A stretch of DNA of 64,000 nucleotides from an uncultured bacterium (GTDB taxonomy: Bacteria > Actinomycetota > Coriobacteriia > Coriobacteriales > Coriobacteriaceae). The notes under the pieces were generated by a model, which did not search any database, had not been told where the DNA came from, and saw only the letters and a list, made by a program, of their open reading frames with translations. Positions within the stretch are counted from its first letter, which is position 1. The number at the start of each line of letters is the position of its first letter. The position numbers and the translations under genes were made by a program. Positions 17,309 to 25,975 of the stretch are shown one piece after another. The stretch is from NCBI GenBank assembly GCA_958349055.1, contig CATWBO010000002.1:36539-100538 (forward strand), in the 5' to 3' direction.

Positions 17309-20059
17309 GTGAGCGATTGCAAGAGGGTTTACCGTTTTGGAACCGACGCCCAGGGCACCTGTGTCACTGAGGGCGACAAATCCATGAACTTCGTGCTTGG
17401 CGGCAAAGGCGCAAACCTTGCCGAGATGAGCCGCATCGGTCTGCCGGTTCCTGGTGGCTTTACCATTACCTGCCAGACCTGTGTCGAGTACTCCGGTGCC
17501 GGCAACGTGTGGCCCGAGGGCGCACTCGACGAGATCGTTGCCGCCGAGGCCGACCTCGAGGCGCGCTGCGGCAAGAAGCTCGGTGACGCCTCCGACCCAC
17601 TGCTCGTGTCGGTTCGCTCGGGCGCTCCGTTCTCCATGCCCGGCATGATGGACACGGTCCTCAACCTGGGCCTCAATGACGATTCCGTCCAGGGCCTTAT
17701 CGCCCAGACGCAAAACCCGCGCTTTGCCTGGGATAGCTATCGCCGCTTTATCCAGATGTTCTCCAACGTCGTCATGGGCGTCGATGCGGATCTGTTCGAG
17801 AACGCCCTGACCCAGGCCCGCCTGGTCGCCGGCGTCCGCGTCGACTCCGAGCTTTCGGCCGAGGACCTGCAGGAACTCGTTGAGACCTTTAAGGGCATCT
17901 TCTCCGAGAACGTCGAGGCCGCCCTGTACCCCGAGCTCGAGGTTGTCGATGGCAAGCCTGTCTTCCCGCACGACCCGGAGCTCCAGTTGCGCCTTGCCAT
18001 CCAAGCCGTCTTTGGCAGCTGGATGAATGAGCGCGCCTGCATCTACCGCAAGCAGCATGGCATTTCCGATGAGCTCGGCACCGCCGTCAACGTCCAGGCC
18101 ATGGCCTTTGGCAACAAGGGCGAAACCTCCGCGACCGGCGTCGCCTTTACGCGCAACCCGGCCGATGGCACTAAGGAGTTCTACGGCGACTTTCTGGTCA
18201 ACGCCCAGGGCGAGGACGTCGTCGCCGGCATCCGCAACACCGAGCCCATCGCCGACCTCAAGACCACCCCGGGCCTCGAGTCTGCAGGTGAGGAGCTCGA
18301 GCGCGTGTTCCTGACGCTCGAGGATCACTATCGCGATATGTGCGATATCGAGTTCACCATCGAGCAGGGTAAGCTCTGGATGCTCCAGACTCGCGTGGGC
18401 AAGCGCACCGCTACCGCCGCCCTGCGTATCGCCATCGAGATGGTCGAGGAGGGCCTGATCACCCGTGAGGAGGCCGTGAGCCGCATCGACCCCGCACAGC
18501 TCGACCAGCTCCTGCACCCGCAGTTCGACGCCTCCAAGAAGTACGAGGCGCTCGCGACCGGTCTGAACGCCAGCCCCGGTGCCGCCGTGGGCGAGGTCGT
18601 GTTCTCGAGCGATGACGCCGTTGCACGTTCCGCCGAGGGGCATAAAGTCATTTTGGTTCGCTGGGAGACCAACCCCGACGACCTGAAAGGCATGGTCGCC
18701 GCCGAGGGCATCCTGACCAGCCACGGTGGCAAGACGAGCCATGCCGCCGTTATCGCCCGCGGCATGGGTACGCCCTGCGTTTGCGGCGTTGAGCGCTTCC
18801 ACATTGACGCGGCAGAGAAGGTCGTGCGCATCGAGGGCAGCGACCGCGTGCTGCGCGAGGGCGATGTCATCTCCATCGACGGCACCCAGGGTATCGTCGT
18901 CGACGGCGCGGTCGACCTGGTCTCTGCAGAGCTCACCGGCGACCTGGACACCATCCTGTCTTGGGCCGATGAGATCCGTTTGGACGAGACCGACGGTCAC
19001 GCCAACCACGTGCGCGTCAACGCCGACAACCCCGAGGATGCTGCGCTCGCGCTCGAGTTTGGCGCCGAGGCCATCGGTCTGTGCCGCACCGAGCACATGT
19101 TCCTGGGCGATCGCAAGAACATCATCCAGAGCTTTGTCCTGTCTGACGATGAGGCCGTGAAGCAGCAGGCCCTGGCCGACCTGCTCAAGGTTCAGACCGA
19201 GGACTTCTTGGCGATGTTCAAGACCATGTCCGGCCGCGATGTGGTCGTTCGCCTGCTCGATCCGCCGTTGCATGAGTTCCTGGATGATCCTCGCGAGCTT
19301 GAGGTCGCCATCACCAAGAAGGAGGCTGCCGGCGCTCCCGAGGAGGAGCTCGCCGCCCTGCGTGCCCGCCTGCGTCGCATCGACGGCATGGTTGAGTCCA
19401 ACCCCATGCTCGGCCTGCGTGGCGTGCGTCTGTCCGTCGTCTTTGGGGACCTGCCGCTCATGCAGGTCCGTGCCGTGGCAACGGCTGCTGCTCGACTCAT
19501 CAAGGAAGGCGTCGATCCGCGCCCCGAGATTATGGTCCCGCTCGTCTCCATCACGGCAGAGCATGTCCAGACCCGCGAGGTCATCGAGCGCGTCATCGCC
19601 GAGGTTTCCGTCGAGGAGGGTGTCGAGCTCAACATTCCCGTGGGTACGATGCTCGAGCTGCCGCGCGCCTGCATGGTCGCCGACGAGATCGCCCAGCACG
19701 CCGATTTCTTCTGCTTTGGCACCAACGACCTCACGCAGACGACCTTCGGCTTCTCCCGCGACGATGCCGAGGCCAAGTTCATCCCGCTGTACCTGCACAA
19801 GAAGATCTTGAAGGAGAACCCTTTCGAGACCATCGACACGGCGGTGCTCGAGCTGGTGCGCATGGCAGTCGAGAAGGGCCGTGCCACCAATCCCGGTATG
19901 CACTTTGGCGTATGCGGCGAGCACGGCGGCGACCCCAAGTCCATCAAGGGCCTGTTTAACGTGGCCGACGTGGACTACGTGTCCTGCTCTCCCTATCGCG
20001 TGCCCCTCGCACGCCTGGCTGCCGCTCAGGCCAAGCTCGAGGCCAACCGCAACGCCTAG
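17309..20059 (+). CDS. ppdK: Pyruvate, phosphate dikinase
   Basis: 916-aa ORF with LGGKGANLAEM, the phospho-histidine region GGKTSHAAVIARGMG and the C-terminal PEP-utilising motif FFCFGTNDLTQ. GTG start. Confidence 0.96.
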   Translation: MSDCKRVYRFGTDAQGTCVTEGDKSMNFVLGGKGANLAEMSRIGLPVPGGFTITCQTCVEYSGAGNVWPEGALDEIVAAEADLEARCGKKLGDASDPLLVSVRSGAPFSMPGMMDTVLNLGLNDDSVQGLIAQTQNPRFAWDSYRRFIQMFSNVVMGVDADLFENALTQARLVAGVRVDSELSAEDLQELVETFKGIFSENVEAALYPELEVVDGKPVFPHDPELQLRLAIQAVFGSWMNERACIYRKQHGISDELGTAVNVQAMAFGNKGETSATGVAFTRNPADGTKEFYGDFLVNAQGEDVVAGIRNTEPIADLKTTPGLESAGEELERVFLTLEDHYRDMCDIEFTIEQGKLWMLQTRVGKRTATAALRIAIEMVEEGLITREEAVSRIDPAQLDQLLHPQFDASKKYEALATGLNASPGAAVGEVVFSSDDAVARSAEGHKVILVRWETNPDDLKGMVAAEGILTSHGGKTSHAAVIARGMGTPCVCGVERFHIDAAEKVVRIEGSDRVLREGDVISIDGTQGIVVDGAVDLVSAELTGDLDTILSWADEIRLDETDGHANHVRVNADNPEDAALALEFGAEAIGLCRTEHMFLGDRKNIIQSFVLSDDEAVKQQALADLLKVQTEDFLAMFKTMSGRDVVVRLLDPPLHEFLDDPRELEVAITKKEAAGAPEEELAALRARLRRIDGMVESNPMLGLRGVRLSVVFGDLPLMQVRAVATAAARLIKEGVDPRPEIMVPLVSITAEHVQTREVIERVIAEVSVEEGVELNIPVGTMLELPRACMVADEIAQHADFFCFGTNDLTQTTFGFSRDDAEAKFIPLYLHKKILKENPFETIDTAVLELVRMAVEKGRATNPGMHFGVCGEHGGDPKSIKGLFNVADVDYVSCSPYRVPLARLAAAQAKLEANRNA

Positions 20060-20098
20060 CGCCCCGCACATCGACGTCTAGTGTAGCCCCCCTTCATG

Positions 20099-20130
20099 CC
20101 GCCCGTCTCATTCGTGAGGCGGGCGGTTAT
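20099..20130 (+). terminator. Terminator of ppdK
   Basis: CCGCCCGTCTCA (20099-20110), loop ttcg, TGAGGCGGGCGG (20115-20126) with one G-U pair. Followed by TTAT and a T-rich stretch. Confidence 0.5.
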
Positions 20131-20269
20131 CATGTGCGGGTTTTGTCTTTTTGTCTGCGTAAAAAATTGTTCTTGCAGCAGAAACCCGCGCGTGTATACT
20201 CGAATACGTTTGTTCAACTACGTGCCGGCCAAGACGGTACGGCACCTCTAGAAGAGTAAGGAATTGCAC

Positions 20270-20611
20270 ATGGATTACATCCGCGCAATCGAGCGTCAGC
20301 AGATCCGCGAGGACATTCCTCAGGTTCGCGTCGCCGACAACGTCAAGGTTCACTACCGCATTAAGGAAGGCGACCGCGAGCGCATCCAGGTCTTCCAGGG
20401 CGACGTCATCCGCATGGCCGGCGCCGGTGCCCGCGAGACCTTCACCGTCCGCAAGATGTCCTTTGGTGTCGGTGTTGAGCGTACCTTCCCGCTTCACAGC
20501 CCCAAGATCGCCAAGCTCGAGGTCGTTCGCCATGGTCGCGTCCGTCGCGCCAAGCTGTACTACCTCCGCGACAAGGTGGGCAAGGCTGCTCGCATCCCCG
20601 AGAAGCGCTAA
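20270..20611 (+). CDS. rplS: 50S ribosomal protein L19
   Basis: [50 protein letters not shown]20270 lies 6 nt after TAAGGAA. The ORF-track TTG20264 adds 2 residues. Confidence 0.95.
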   Translation: MDYIRAIERQQIREDIPQVRVADNVKVHYRIKEGDRERIQVFQGDVIRMAGAGARETFTVRKMSFGVGVERTFPLHSPKIAKLEVVRHGRVRRAKLYYLRDKVGKAARIPEKR

Positions 20612-20645
20612 GAAGATCGCAGCGTCTGTCCACTCGTTTGGACAC

Positions 20646-20676
20646 AAGGGTCACCTTCGGGTGGCCCTTCTTTTTA
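20646..20676 (+). terminator. Terminator of rplS
   Basis: AAGGGTCACC, loop ttcg, GGTGGCCCTT, followed by CTTTTTAT. Confidence 0.7.
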
Positions 20677-20704
20677 TCTGATTTGCATGCAAGGAGGGCC
20701 TGGT

Positions 20705-21493
20705 ATGGCCAACATGACGAGCTCGGTTTCGGCATCGCAGGTTGCCGGTGAGTTGGCGAGCGCTACGTTTGAGGAGATTCCCGCCCTCGTGGAGCATTAT
20801 CGAGAGGACCCGCGCCAGCAGGTGATCAAGGCTTGTGAACGCGCCCTCAAACGCCATGCCAAAGAGCTTGCCGAGCGCGAGCGCGTCAATGACATGTACG
20901 AGCTTATGCACGAGCTTGGCGGCGATGGGGTGGTCGTTGGTGTCGACGAGGTGGGTCGCGGATCGGTGGCCGGTCCTTTGACGGTATGCGCCGTCTGTCT
21001 TCCTATGGAGCCGCGCGTCTGGGGCATCAATGATTCCAAAAAGCTCACGCCCGCGCGCCGCGAGTTGCTCTCAGTGAAGATTGCCGAGGTGGCGACGGCG
21101 ATCGGTTTTTGCCATATCGCGCCGAAGGATATCGATGAGATGGGCATGGCCCGTGCTATCCGTACCGCCGTCGCGGGCGCCGTGGCCGATACAGGACTCG
21201 AGCCCGACTGCGTCCTCATGGATGGCAATCCCTTGGGCGCCGTTCCTAACGAGCGCGATGTGGTGAAGGGCGATGCCAAAATCGCCTGCATCGCCGCGGC
21301 GTCTATCATGGCCAAGGTCACGCGTGACGAGATGATGGTCGAGTACGACGCCGAGTATCCCGAGTACCATCTGGCCGAGTCGAAGGGCTATGCAAGCCCC
21401 GAGCATATCGAGGCCATTCGCAAACATGGACTTTGTCCGCTGCACCGCGTGAGCTTTTGCGGAAACTTTCTGCAGACTGAGCGCCTTTTCTAG
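20705..21493 (+). CDS. rnhB: Ribonuclease HII
   Basis: VGVDEVGRGSVAGPLTVCAV (DEDD site), DSKKL and the C-terminal SFCG region. ATG20705 lies 7 nt after AAGGAGG. ATG20687 is an alternative start. Unusually long (about 60 aa) N-terminal extension. Confidence 0.9.
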   Translation: MANMTSSVSASQVAGELASATFEEIPALVEHYREDPRQQVIKACERALKRHAKELAERERVNDMYELMHELGGDGVVVGVDEVGRGSVAGPLTVCAVCLPMEPRVWGINDSKKLTPARRELLSVKIAEVATAIGFCHIAPKDIDEMGMARAIRTAVAGAVADTGLEPDCVLMDGNPLGAVPNERDVVKGDAKIACIAAASIMAKVTRDEMMVEYDAEYPEYHLAESKGYASPEHIEAIRKHGLCPLHRVSFCGNFLQTERLF

Positions 21494-21542
21494 GTCAATT
21501 GTGGAGACAGGGACCTCTGGGGTTTTATAAACCTGCTGGTAG

Positions 21543-21584
21543 CGGGCCGTATGCAACACCATTGCTGCGTACGGCCCGTTTTTT
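21543..21584 (+). terminator. Terminator of rnhB
   Basis: CGGGCCGTA (21543-21551) pairs with TACGGCCCG (21570-21578) and is followed by TTTTTT. Confidence 0.7.
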
Positions 21585-21591
21585 GACGGCA

Positions 21592-21611
21592 TTTGGTCAG
21601 CTTTTGGTTTG
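21592..21611 (+). promoter_or_regulatory. 20-nt box TTTGGTCAGCTTTTGGTTTG upstream of yraN-comM-dprA (copy 1 of 2)
   Basis: Exact copy of 50993-51012. Lies 72 nt upstream of the yraN ATG, directly after the rnhB terminator. Contains TTTGGT twice, 11 nt apart. Confidence 0.55.
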
Positions 21612-21682
21612 CTTCCGGTACTTACCCGCATGAAAGGTGCCCTCATCATCGGGGCAATGCAGCGTGCGGGAAAGGAGACCCC

Positions 21683-22168
21683 ATGAGTGCCGCAAGCAAA
21701 AAGAGCAAGACGCAGCAACTCAAGGAGCGTTGGGAAAACGGCGAGCTCGACTGCGGGGCGATGACGCCCGAGTTTATCAAGGGACTCAGTCCCCGCGAGC
21801 TGGGCATGCTGGGCGAGCTGATCACTATCGACTACTTTAACGAGCGCGGCTACACCTTGCTGGAGCAGGGTTATCGTTGCACCGAGGGCGAGGCTGATCT
21901 GGTGCTGCTAGATGAGCTCGACGATGTCGTGGTGATGGCCGAGGTCAAGACCAGACGCGTCGCACCGGATTGCAACACGCGGGTCTTTCCCGAGGAGGCC
22001 GTGGACGCCCAAAAGCAACGCCGTTACCGCCGCATCGCAAGTTGCTATCTCATGGAGCATTATCCGCTCAAGGCGATTCGCTTCGATGCCGTGGGTGTCA
22101 CCATTCGCGGCGGGCATATCGCCGAGATCGAGCATCAGTACAACGCATTCGATTGGCAGGTGTCGTGA
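21683..22168 (+). CDS. yraN: YraN-family (UPF0102) endonuclease-like protein
   Basis: Core GELITIDYFNERGYTLLEQGYRCTEGEADLVLLD..VVMAEVKTRR is the YraN/restriction-endonuclease-like fold. ATG21683 lies 4 nt after AAAGGAGA. The ORF-track start at 21593 has no RBS. Confidence 0.8.
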   Translation: MSAASKKSKTQQLKERWENGELDCGAMTPEFIKGLSPRELGMLGELITIDYFNERGYTLLEQGYRCTEGEADLVLLDELDDVVVMAEVKTRRVAPDCNTRVFPEEAVDAQKQRRYRRIASCYLMEHYPLKAIRFDAVGVTIRGGHIAEIEHQYNAFDWQVS

Positions 22169-23691
22169 TGGCGTTCGAGACGTTTGCCGTTCACGCGGCC
22201 TGCATCCGCGGCGTCGAGGCGATTCCCGTCACGGTCGAGGTCTCGCTTGCCGGCGGCGTTCCGGGTATTCAGATGCTCGGCATTCCGAGTATGGAGGTGA
22301 TGGAGTCACGCGGTCGTATTCGCTGTGCGATGCGCTCCGCCGGGTTCGAGATCCCGCGCTCGGGCATTACGGTCAATCTGGCGCCCGGCGATATTCGCAA
22401 GACCGGTAGCGGCTTTGATCTGCCCATCGCCATCGCGGTGCTGGCGGCGGATGGGCAGATTCCCCGCGACAACCTTGATCGTTGCCTTATCGCGGGCGAA
22501 CTTGGTCTGGACGGTACGGTGTTGCCCGTCAAGGGTGAGGTGGCGTTCCAGCTGCTCGCGCGCGATATGGGGCTTTCCTTTATCGCGGGCAGGTCAGATC
22601 AGCATGTGCCGCTCGCGGGCGTGGACTGTGGCTTTATTGATCATCTCTCGCAACTTGCCCACGGTATGGGCGATGCCGCGCGGCACTACTTGGATTCTGA
22701 GGGCGTCGAGGCGACCTTTGAGCCCGAACTCGACTATGCGGACGTGCTGGGGCAGGAAGTCGCTAAACGCGGCATGGCGCTTGCGGCGGCAGGTGAGCTC
22801 GGTTTGCTTATGATCGGGTCCCCGGGATCGGGCAAGACGATGCTCGCCCGTCGTATGACCGGCATCCTGCCCGAGCTTTCCGTTGAGGACCAGCAGGAGG
22901 CGCTGTGCATCCATTCGGTCTTGGGCGAGAACATCGATGGATTATTGGCAGGTCATCGGCCCTTCCGCAGTCCCCACCACAGTATTTCGACCGCAGGCCT
23001 TATCGGCGGCGGGCGCCCGGTGCACCCGGGTGAGATCAGCCTTGCTCATGGCGGCGTGCTCTTTTTGGACGAGCTTGCCGAGTTTCCCACGGGTGTGCTG
23101 CAGACGCTGCGTCAGCCTATCGAACGCGGTTATGTGAGGATCGTACGCGTCGACGGGGCCTTTACCTTCCCGTCGCGCTTTCAGCTGCTGGCTGCGAGCA
23201 ATCCCTGCCCCTGCGGCTTTTTGGGCGATCGTGAGGTGCCGTGTCGCTGCTCGGCGGCGATGGTCGAGCGTTATCGGTCTAAACTGCGCGGTCCTTTGGC
23301 CGACCGTATCGACATGATGATCGATGTGACCCGTCCCGACCCCCAAGTGATTATCGAGGGTGCGGAGGGTATGTCGTCTGCCGAGTTGCGTGACTACGTT
23401 GTGCGCGGTCGCGCTTTTCGCGCTTGGCGCGAATCCCGTATGGACGATGCGGATGCCGAGGCCGAGGATGATGAGACGCGGTCCATTGACGGCGTCGTTT
23501 CGACCTTTGAGCTCGATGATGCGGCGGAGAAGTGTGTGCTCGGCCTGTCGAAGCGCACGCATCTCACGGGCCGCGGCATCGTGCGCCTGGTGCGTATCGC
23601 GCGCACGATCGCAGATGTCGCCGAGAGCGAGCAAGTGACGCAGGACCACGTGCTCGAGGCGGCGATGTACCAGGGAAGGAGGGACCAATGA
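22168..23691 (+). CDS. comM: ComM/YifB Mg-chelatase-like AAA+ protein
   Basis: MAFETFAVHAACIRGVEAIPVTVEV, Walker A GSPGSGKTM, Walker B GVLFLDELAEF and a C-terminal HTH. The ATG overlaps the yraN stop (TGATG). Confidence 0.9.
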   Translation: MAFETFAVHAACIRGVEAIPVTVEVSLAGGVPGIQMLGIPSMEVMESRGRIRCAMRSAGFEIPRSGITVNLAPGDIRKTGSGFDLPIAIAVLAADGQIPRDNLDRCLIAGELGLDGTVLPVKGEVAFQLLARDMGLSFIAGRSDQHVPLAGVDCGFIDHLSQLAHGMGDAARHYLDSEGVEATFEPELDYADVLGQEVAKRGMALAAAGELGLLMIGSPGSGKTMLARRMTGILPELSVEDQQEALCIHSVLGENIDGLLAGHRPFRSPHHSISTAGLIGGGRPVHPGEISLAHGGVLFLDELAEFPTGVLQTLRQPIERGYVRIVRVDGAFTFPSRFQLLAASNPCPCGFLGDREVPCRCSAAMVERYRSKLRGPLADRIDMMIDVTRPDPQVIIEGAEGMSSAELRDYVVRGRAFRAWRESRMDDADAEAEDDETRSIDGVVSTFELDDAAEKCVLGLSKRTHLTGRGIVRLVRIARTIADVAESEQVTQDHVLEAAMYQGRRDQ

Positions 23692-24623
23692 TGGCAGAGG
23701 GGATCTTCGAGTTCCATCCCGGGGACGCTCTGTATCCAGCAACTGTTCTGGAGCTTTCCGATGTGCCCCAGACGCTCTATGTGCGTGGTGACCCTGATGT
23801 GTTATCGACGCCTGCGCTCTCCATCATCGGCGCGCGCAAGGCGTCGCCGTACGGTCTCGCTGTGGCAGAACTTGCTGCCAAGGTCGCGGTTGAGGCGGGC
23901 GTCACGGTGGTCTCGGGTGGCGCGGTCGGTTGCGACCAGGCGTCGGGTTGGGCCGCGGTCAATGCCGGCGGCAAACACGTTGTGGTGCTGGGGACGGGCG
24001 CCGACGTGGTCTATCCGCGCTCGAGCGCGGGGCTTATTACGCGCACGCTCGATACGGGTGGCGCGGTCGTGTCGATCTCCCCGTGGGGCATGGGCCCTCG
24101 CAAGTTTGCCTTTCCGCGGCGTAACCGGGTGATTGCCGCGCTTTCGCAGGCGCTTTTCGTGTCGGAGGCCGGCATGCCCTCGGGCACGTTCTCGACGGCG
24201 GAGGCCGCCATGGACCTGGGGCGAGAACTGCTTGCGGTACCGGGTTCCATTTTGTCACCCGAGTCGCGCGGGACCAACTACCTCATCGCCAACGGGGCCT
24301 GCTGCATTATTGACGAGGAGTCTATTGAGATGGCCATCTCGCGAATCTACGGCACCCTGCGCTACTCGCGCCCCGATGCTCCCGGCATTGCCGACCTGGA
24401 TCAAACGCAGCAGACCGTGATGCATGCGCTCATCGCCTCTCCGCTCAAAGTCGACGACATCGCGGCGCTCGTCTCGCTCGATGCCGTCGGCGTACTCAAA
24501 CTCCTGGGTTCGCTTGAACTCGAGGGCCTTATCGAGCGCATGATGGATGGAAGGTATGCGCCCTCCAAGTTTGCCCTTCACGCCCAGACACCCTTCGGTC
24601 ACAATGGAAAACGTGTCAATTAG
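23688..24623 (+). CDS. dprA: DNA processing protein DprA (Smf)
   Basis: LSIIGARKASPYG...VVSGGAVGCDQASGWAAV...VLGTGADVVYP...FPRRNRVIA is the DprA Rossmann core, with a C-terminal winged-helix-like tail. ATGA overlap with the comM stop. Confidence 0.92.
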   Translation: MMAEGIFEFHPGDALYPATVLELSDVPQTLYVRGDPDVLSTPALSIIGARKASPYGLAVAELAAKVAVEAGVTVVSGGAVGCDQASGWAAVNAGGKHVVVLGTGADVVYPRSSAGLITRTLDTGGAVVSISPWGMGPRKFAFPRRNRVIAALSQALFVSEAGMPSGTFSTAEAAMDLGRELLAVPGSILSPESRGTNYLIANGACCIIDEESIEMAISRIYGTLRYSRPDAPGIADLDQTQQTVMHALIASPLKVDDIAALVSLDAVGVLKLLGSLELEGLIERMMDGRYAPSKFALHAQTPFGHNGKRVN

Positions 24624-24637
24624 AAAGGTGTTTGCAG

Positions 24638-25975
24638 ATGCTGTTTGATCAGGTGACGGTTATCGGTGGCGGTCTGGCGGGTTCGGAATGTGCGATCCAG
24701 CTGGCAGACCGCGGGTTTGCCGTAAAGCTGTGCGAGATGCGCCCCCAGGTGAGCTCCCCGGCCCACCATACCGATCACCTGGCAGAGCTCGTCTGTTCCA
24801 ATTCGTTTAAGTCGACCCGTCCGGATTCCGCGGCTGGTTTGCTGAAGGCCGAGCTTGAGCGCATGGGTTCAGTCCTGCTCGATTGCGCCCATCGCGCGGC
24901 TGTTCCCGCCGGTGGCGCCTTGGCAGTCGACCGCGTCAAGTTTTCCGAGCTTGTCGAGGCCGAGGTTGCCGCCCGTCCTAATATCGAGATCGTTCGCGGC
25001 GAGGTCACGCAGATTCCCGAAGGCCATGTGGTCATTGCCGCCGGCCCTCTGTGCTCGCCGGCGCTGAGCGAAGAGGTCATGAAGCTCGTCGGTGGCGACG
25101 CCCTTGCGTTCTTCGATGCCGCGGCGCCGATCGTCGATGCCTCCACGCTCGATATGGACGTGCTGTTCTCGCAGTCGCGCTACGAGGAGCAGGGGAGCGG
25201 CGACTATCTCAACGCTCCGCTCAACAAGGAAGAGTACGAGGCCTTTATCGAGGCGCTTACCACGGCCGACCGCGTGGTGCTCAAGGACTTTGAGGGCGGC
25301 GATCTGTTCCAGGCCTGCCAGCCCGCCGAGGAGGTCGCGCGCACGGGCAAGGATGCCATCCGCTTTGGTGCCATGAAGCCCGTCGGCCTCACCGACCCGC
25401 GTACCGGACGTCGCCCCTGGGCGGCGATTCAGCTGCGTGCCGAGAACAAGGAGAAGACCGCCTATAACCTGGTGGGCTTCCAGACCAACCTGACCTTTGG
25501 CGAGCAGAAGCGCGTCTTCCATATGGTGCCGGGCCTGGAGAACGCTGAGTTCTTCCGCTACGGTGTCATGCACCGCAATACTTTTGTCGACGCCCCGCAC
25601 GTGCTCGATGGCACCTTTGCCGTGCCCGGTACCGGTGTGCGCCTGGCCGGTCAGATCACCGGCACCGAGGGGTACATGGAAGCCGTGGCGACAGGTCTGC
25701 TCGCGGCGCTCAACACCTATGCCGATGCTATCGGTGCCGCGGGCGTCGAGTTGCCGCGTGTGGGTGCCCTGGGTGCGCTCGTGGGCTATGCGACCGATCC
25801 TGCCACCGTGGGCTATCAGCCCATGCATGTCAACTTTGGCCTGGTGCCGCCACTCGAGGATGGTAAGCGCCGCAGCAAGCGCGACCGCTACCAGGCCTAT
25901 GCGGACCGTGCGCTCGAGGCCCTTGACGCCTATCTGTCTACTCGCCCCGATCTGTTTGGAGGCGACCGGTCATAG
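24638..25975 (+). CDS. trmFO: Methylenetetrahydrofolate--tRNA-(uracil54-C5)-methyltransferase TrmFO
   Basis: VTVIGGGLAGSECAIQLA (FAD fold), LVCSNSFKS, VGFQTNL and RYGVMHRNTF. ATG24638 lies 7 nt after GAAAGGTG. Confidence 0.92.
   Translation: MLFDQVTVIGGGLAGSECAIQLADRGFAVKLCEMRPQVSSPAHHTDHLAELVCSNSFKSTRPDSAAGLLKAELERMGSVLLDCAHRAAVPAGGALAVDRVKFSELVEAEVAARPNIEIVRGEVTQIPEGHVVIAAGPLCSPALSEEVMKLVGGDALAFFDAAAPIVDASTLDMDVLFSQSRYEEQGSGDYLNAPLNKEEYEAFIEALTTADRVVLKDFEGGDLFQACQPAEEVARTGKDAIRFGAMKPVGLTDPRTGRRPWAAIQLRAENKEKTAYNLVGFQTNLTFGEQKRVFHMVPGLENAEFFRYGVMHRNTFVDAPHVLDGTFAVPGTGVRLAGQITGTEGYMEAVATGLLAALNTYADAIGAAGVELPRVGALGALVGYATDPATVGYQPMHVNFGLVPPLEDGKRRSKRDRYQAYADRALEALDAYLSTRPDLFGGDRS

Noticed and set aside
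17267-20071. 934-aa minus-strand ORF antisense to ppdK
   Set aside because: Same reasoning. It mirrors the ppdK frame, is low-complexity, and has no RBS or homology.
20622-20645. GTCTGTCCACTCGTTTGGACAC after rplS, sharing GTCTGTCC with the RAYT-end core
   Set aside because: Only 8 nt are shared and the remainder diverges. It forms its own small hairpin (TGTCCA/TGGACA) ahead of the rplS terminator.
21593-22167. N-terminally extended starts from the ORF track: yraN 21593, comM 21970, dprA 23532, lepB 12280, pyrC 44263, pyrD 46544, ispG 34333, lepA 55577, rpsT 55205, dnaJ 60909, rpmB 42497, rpsP 10455
   Set aside because: The extensions run through the preceding gene or a terminator, are not homologous to the family N-termini, and lack an RBS. 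Internal starts with Shine-Dalgarno sequences match the canonical N-termini.
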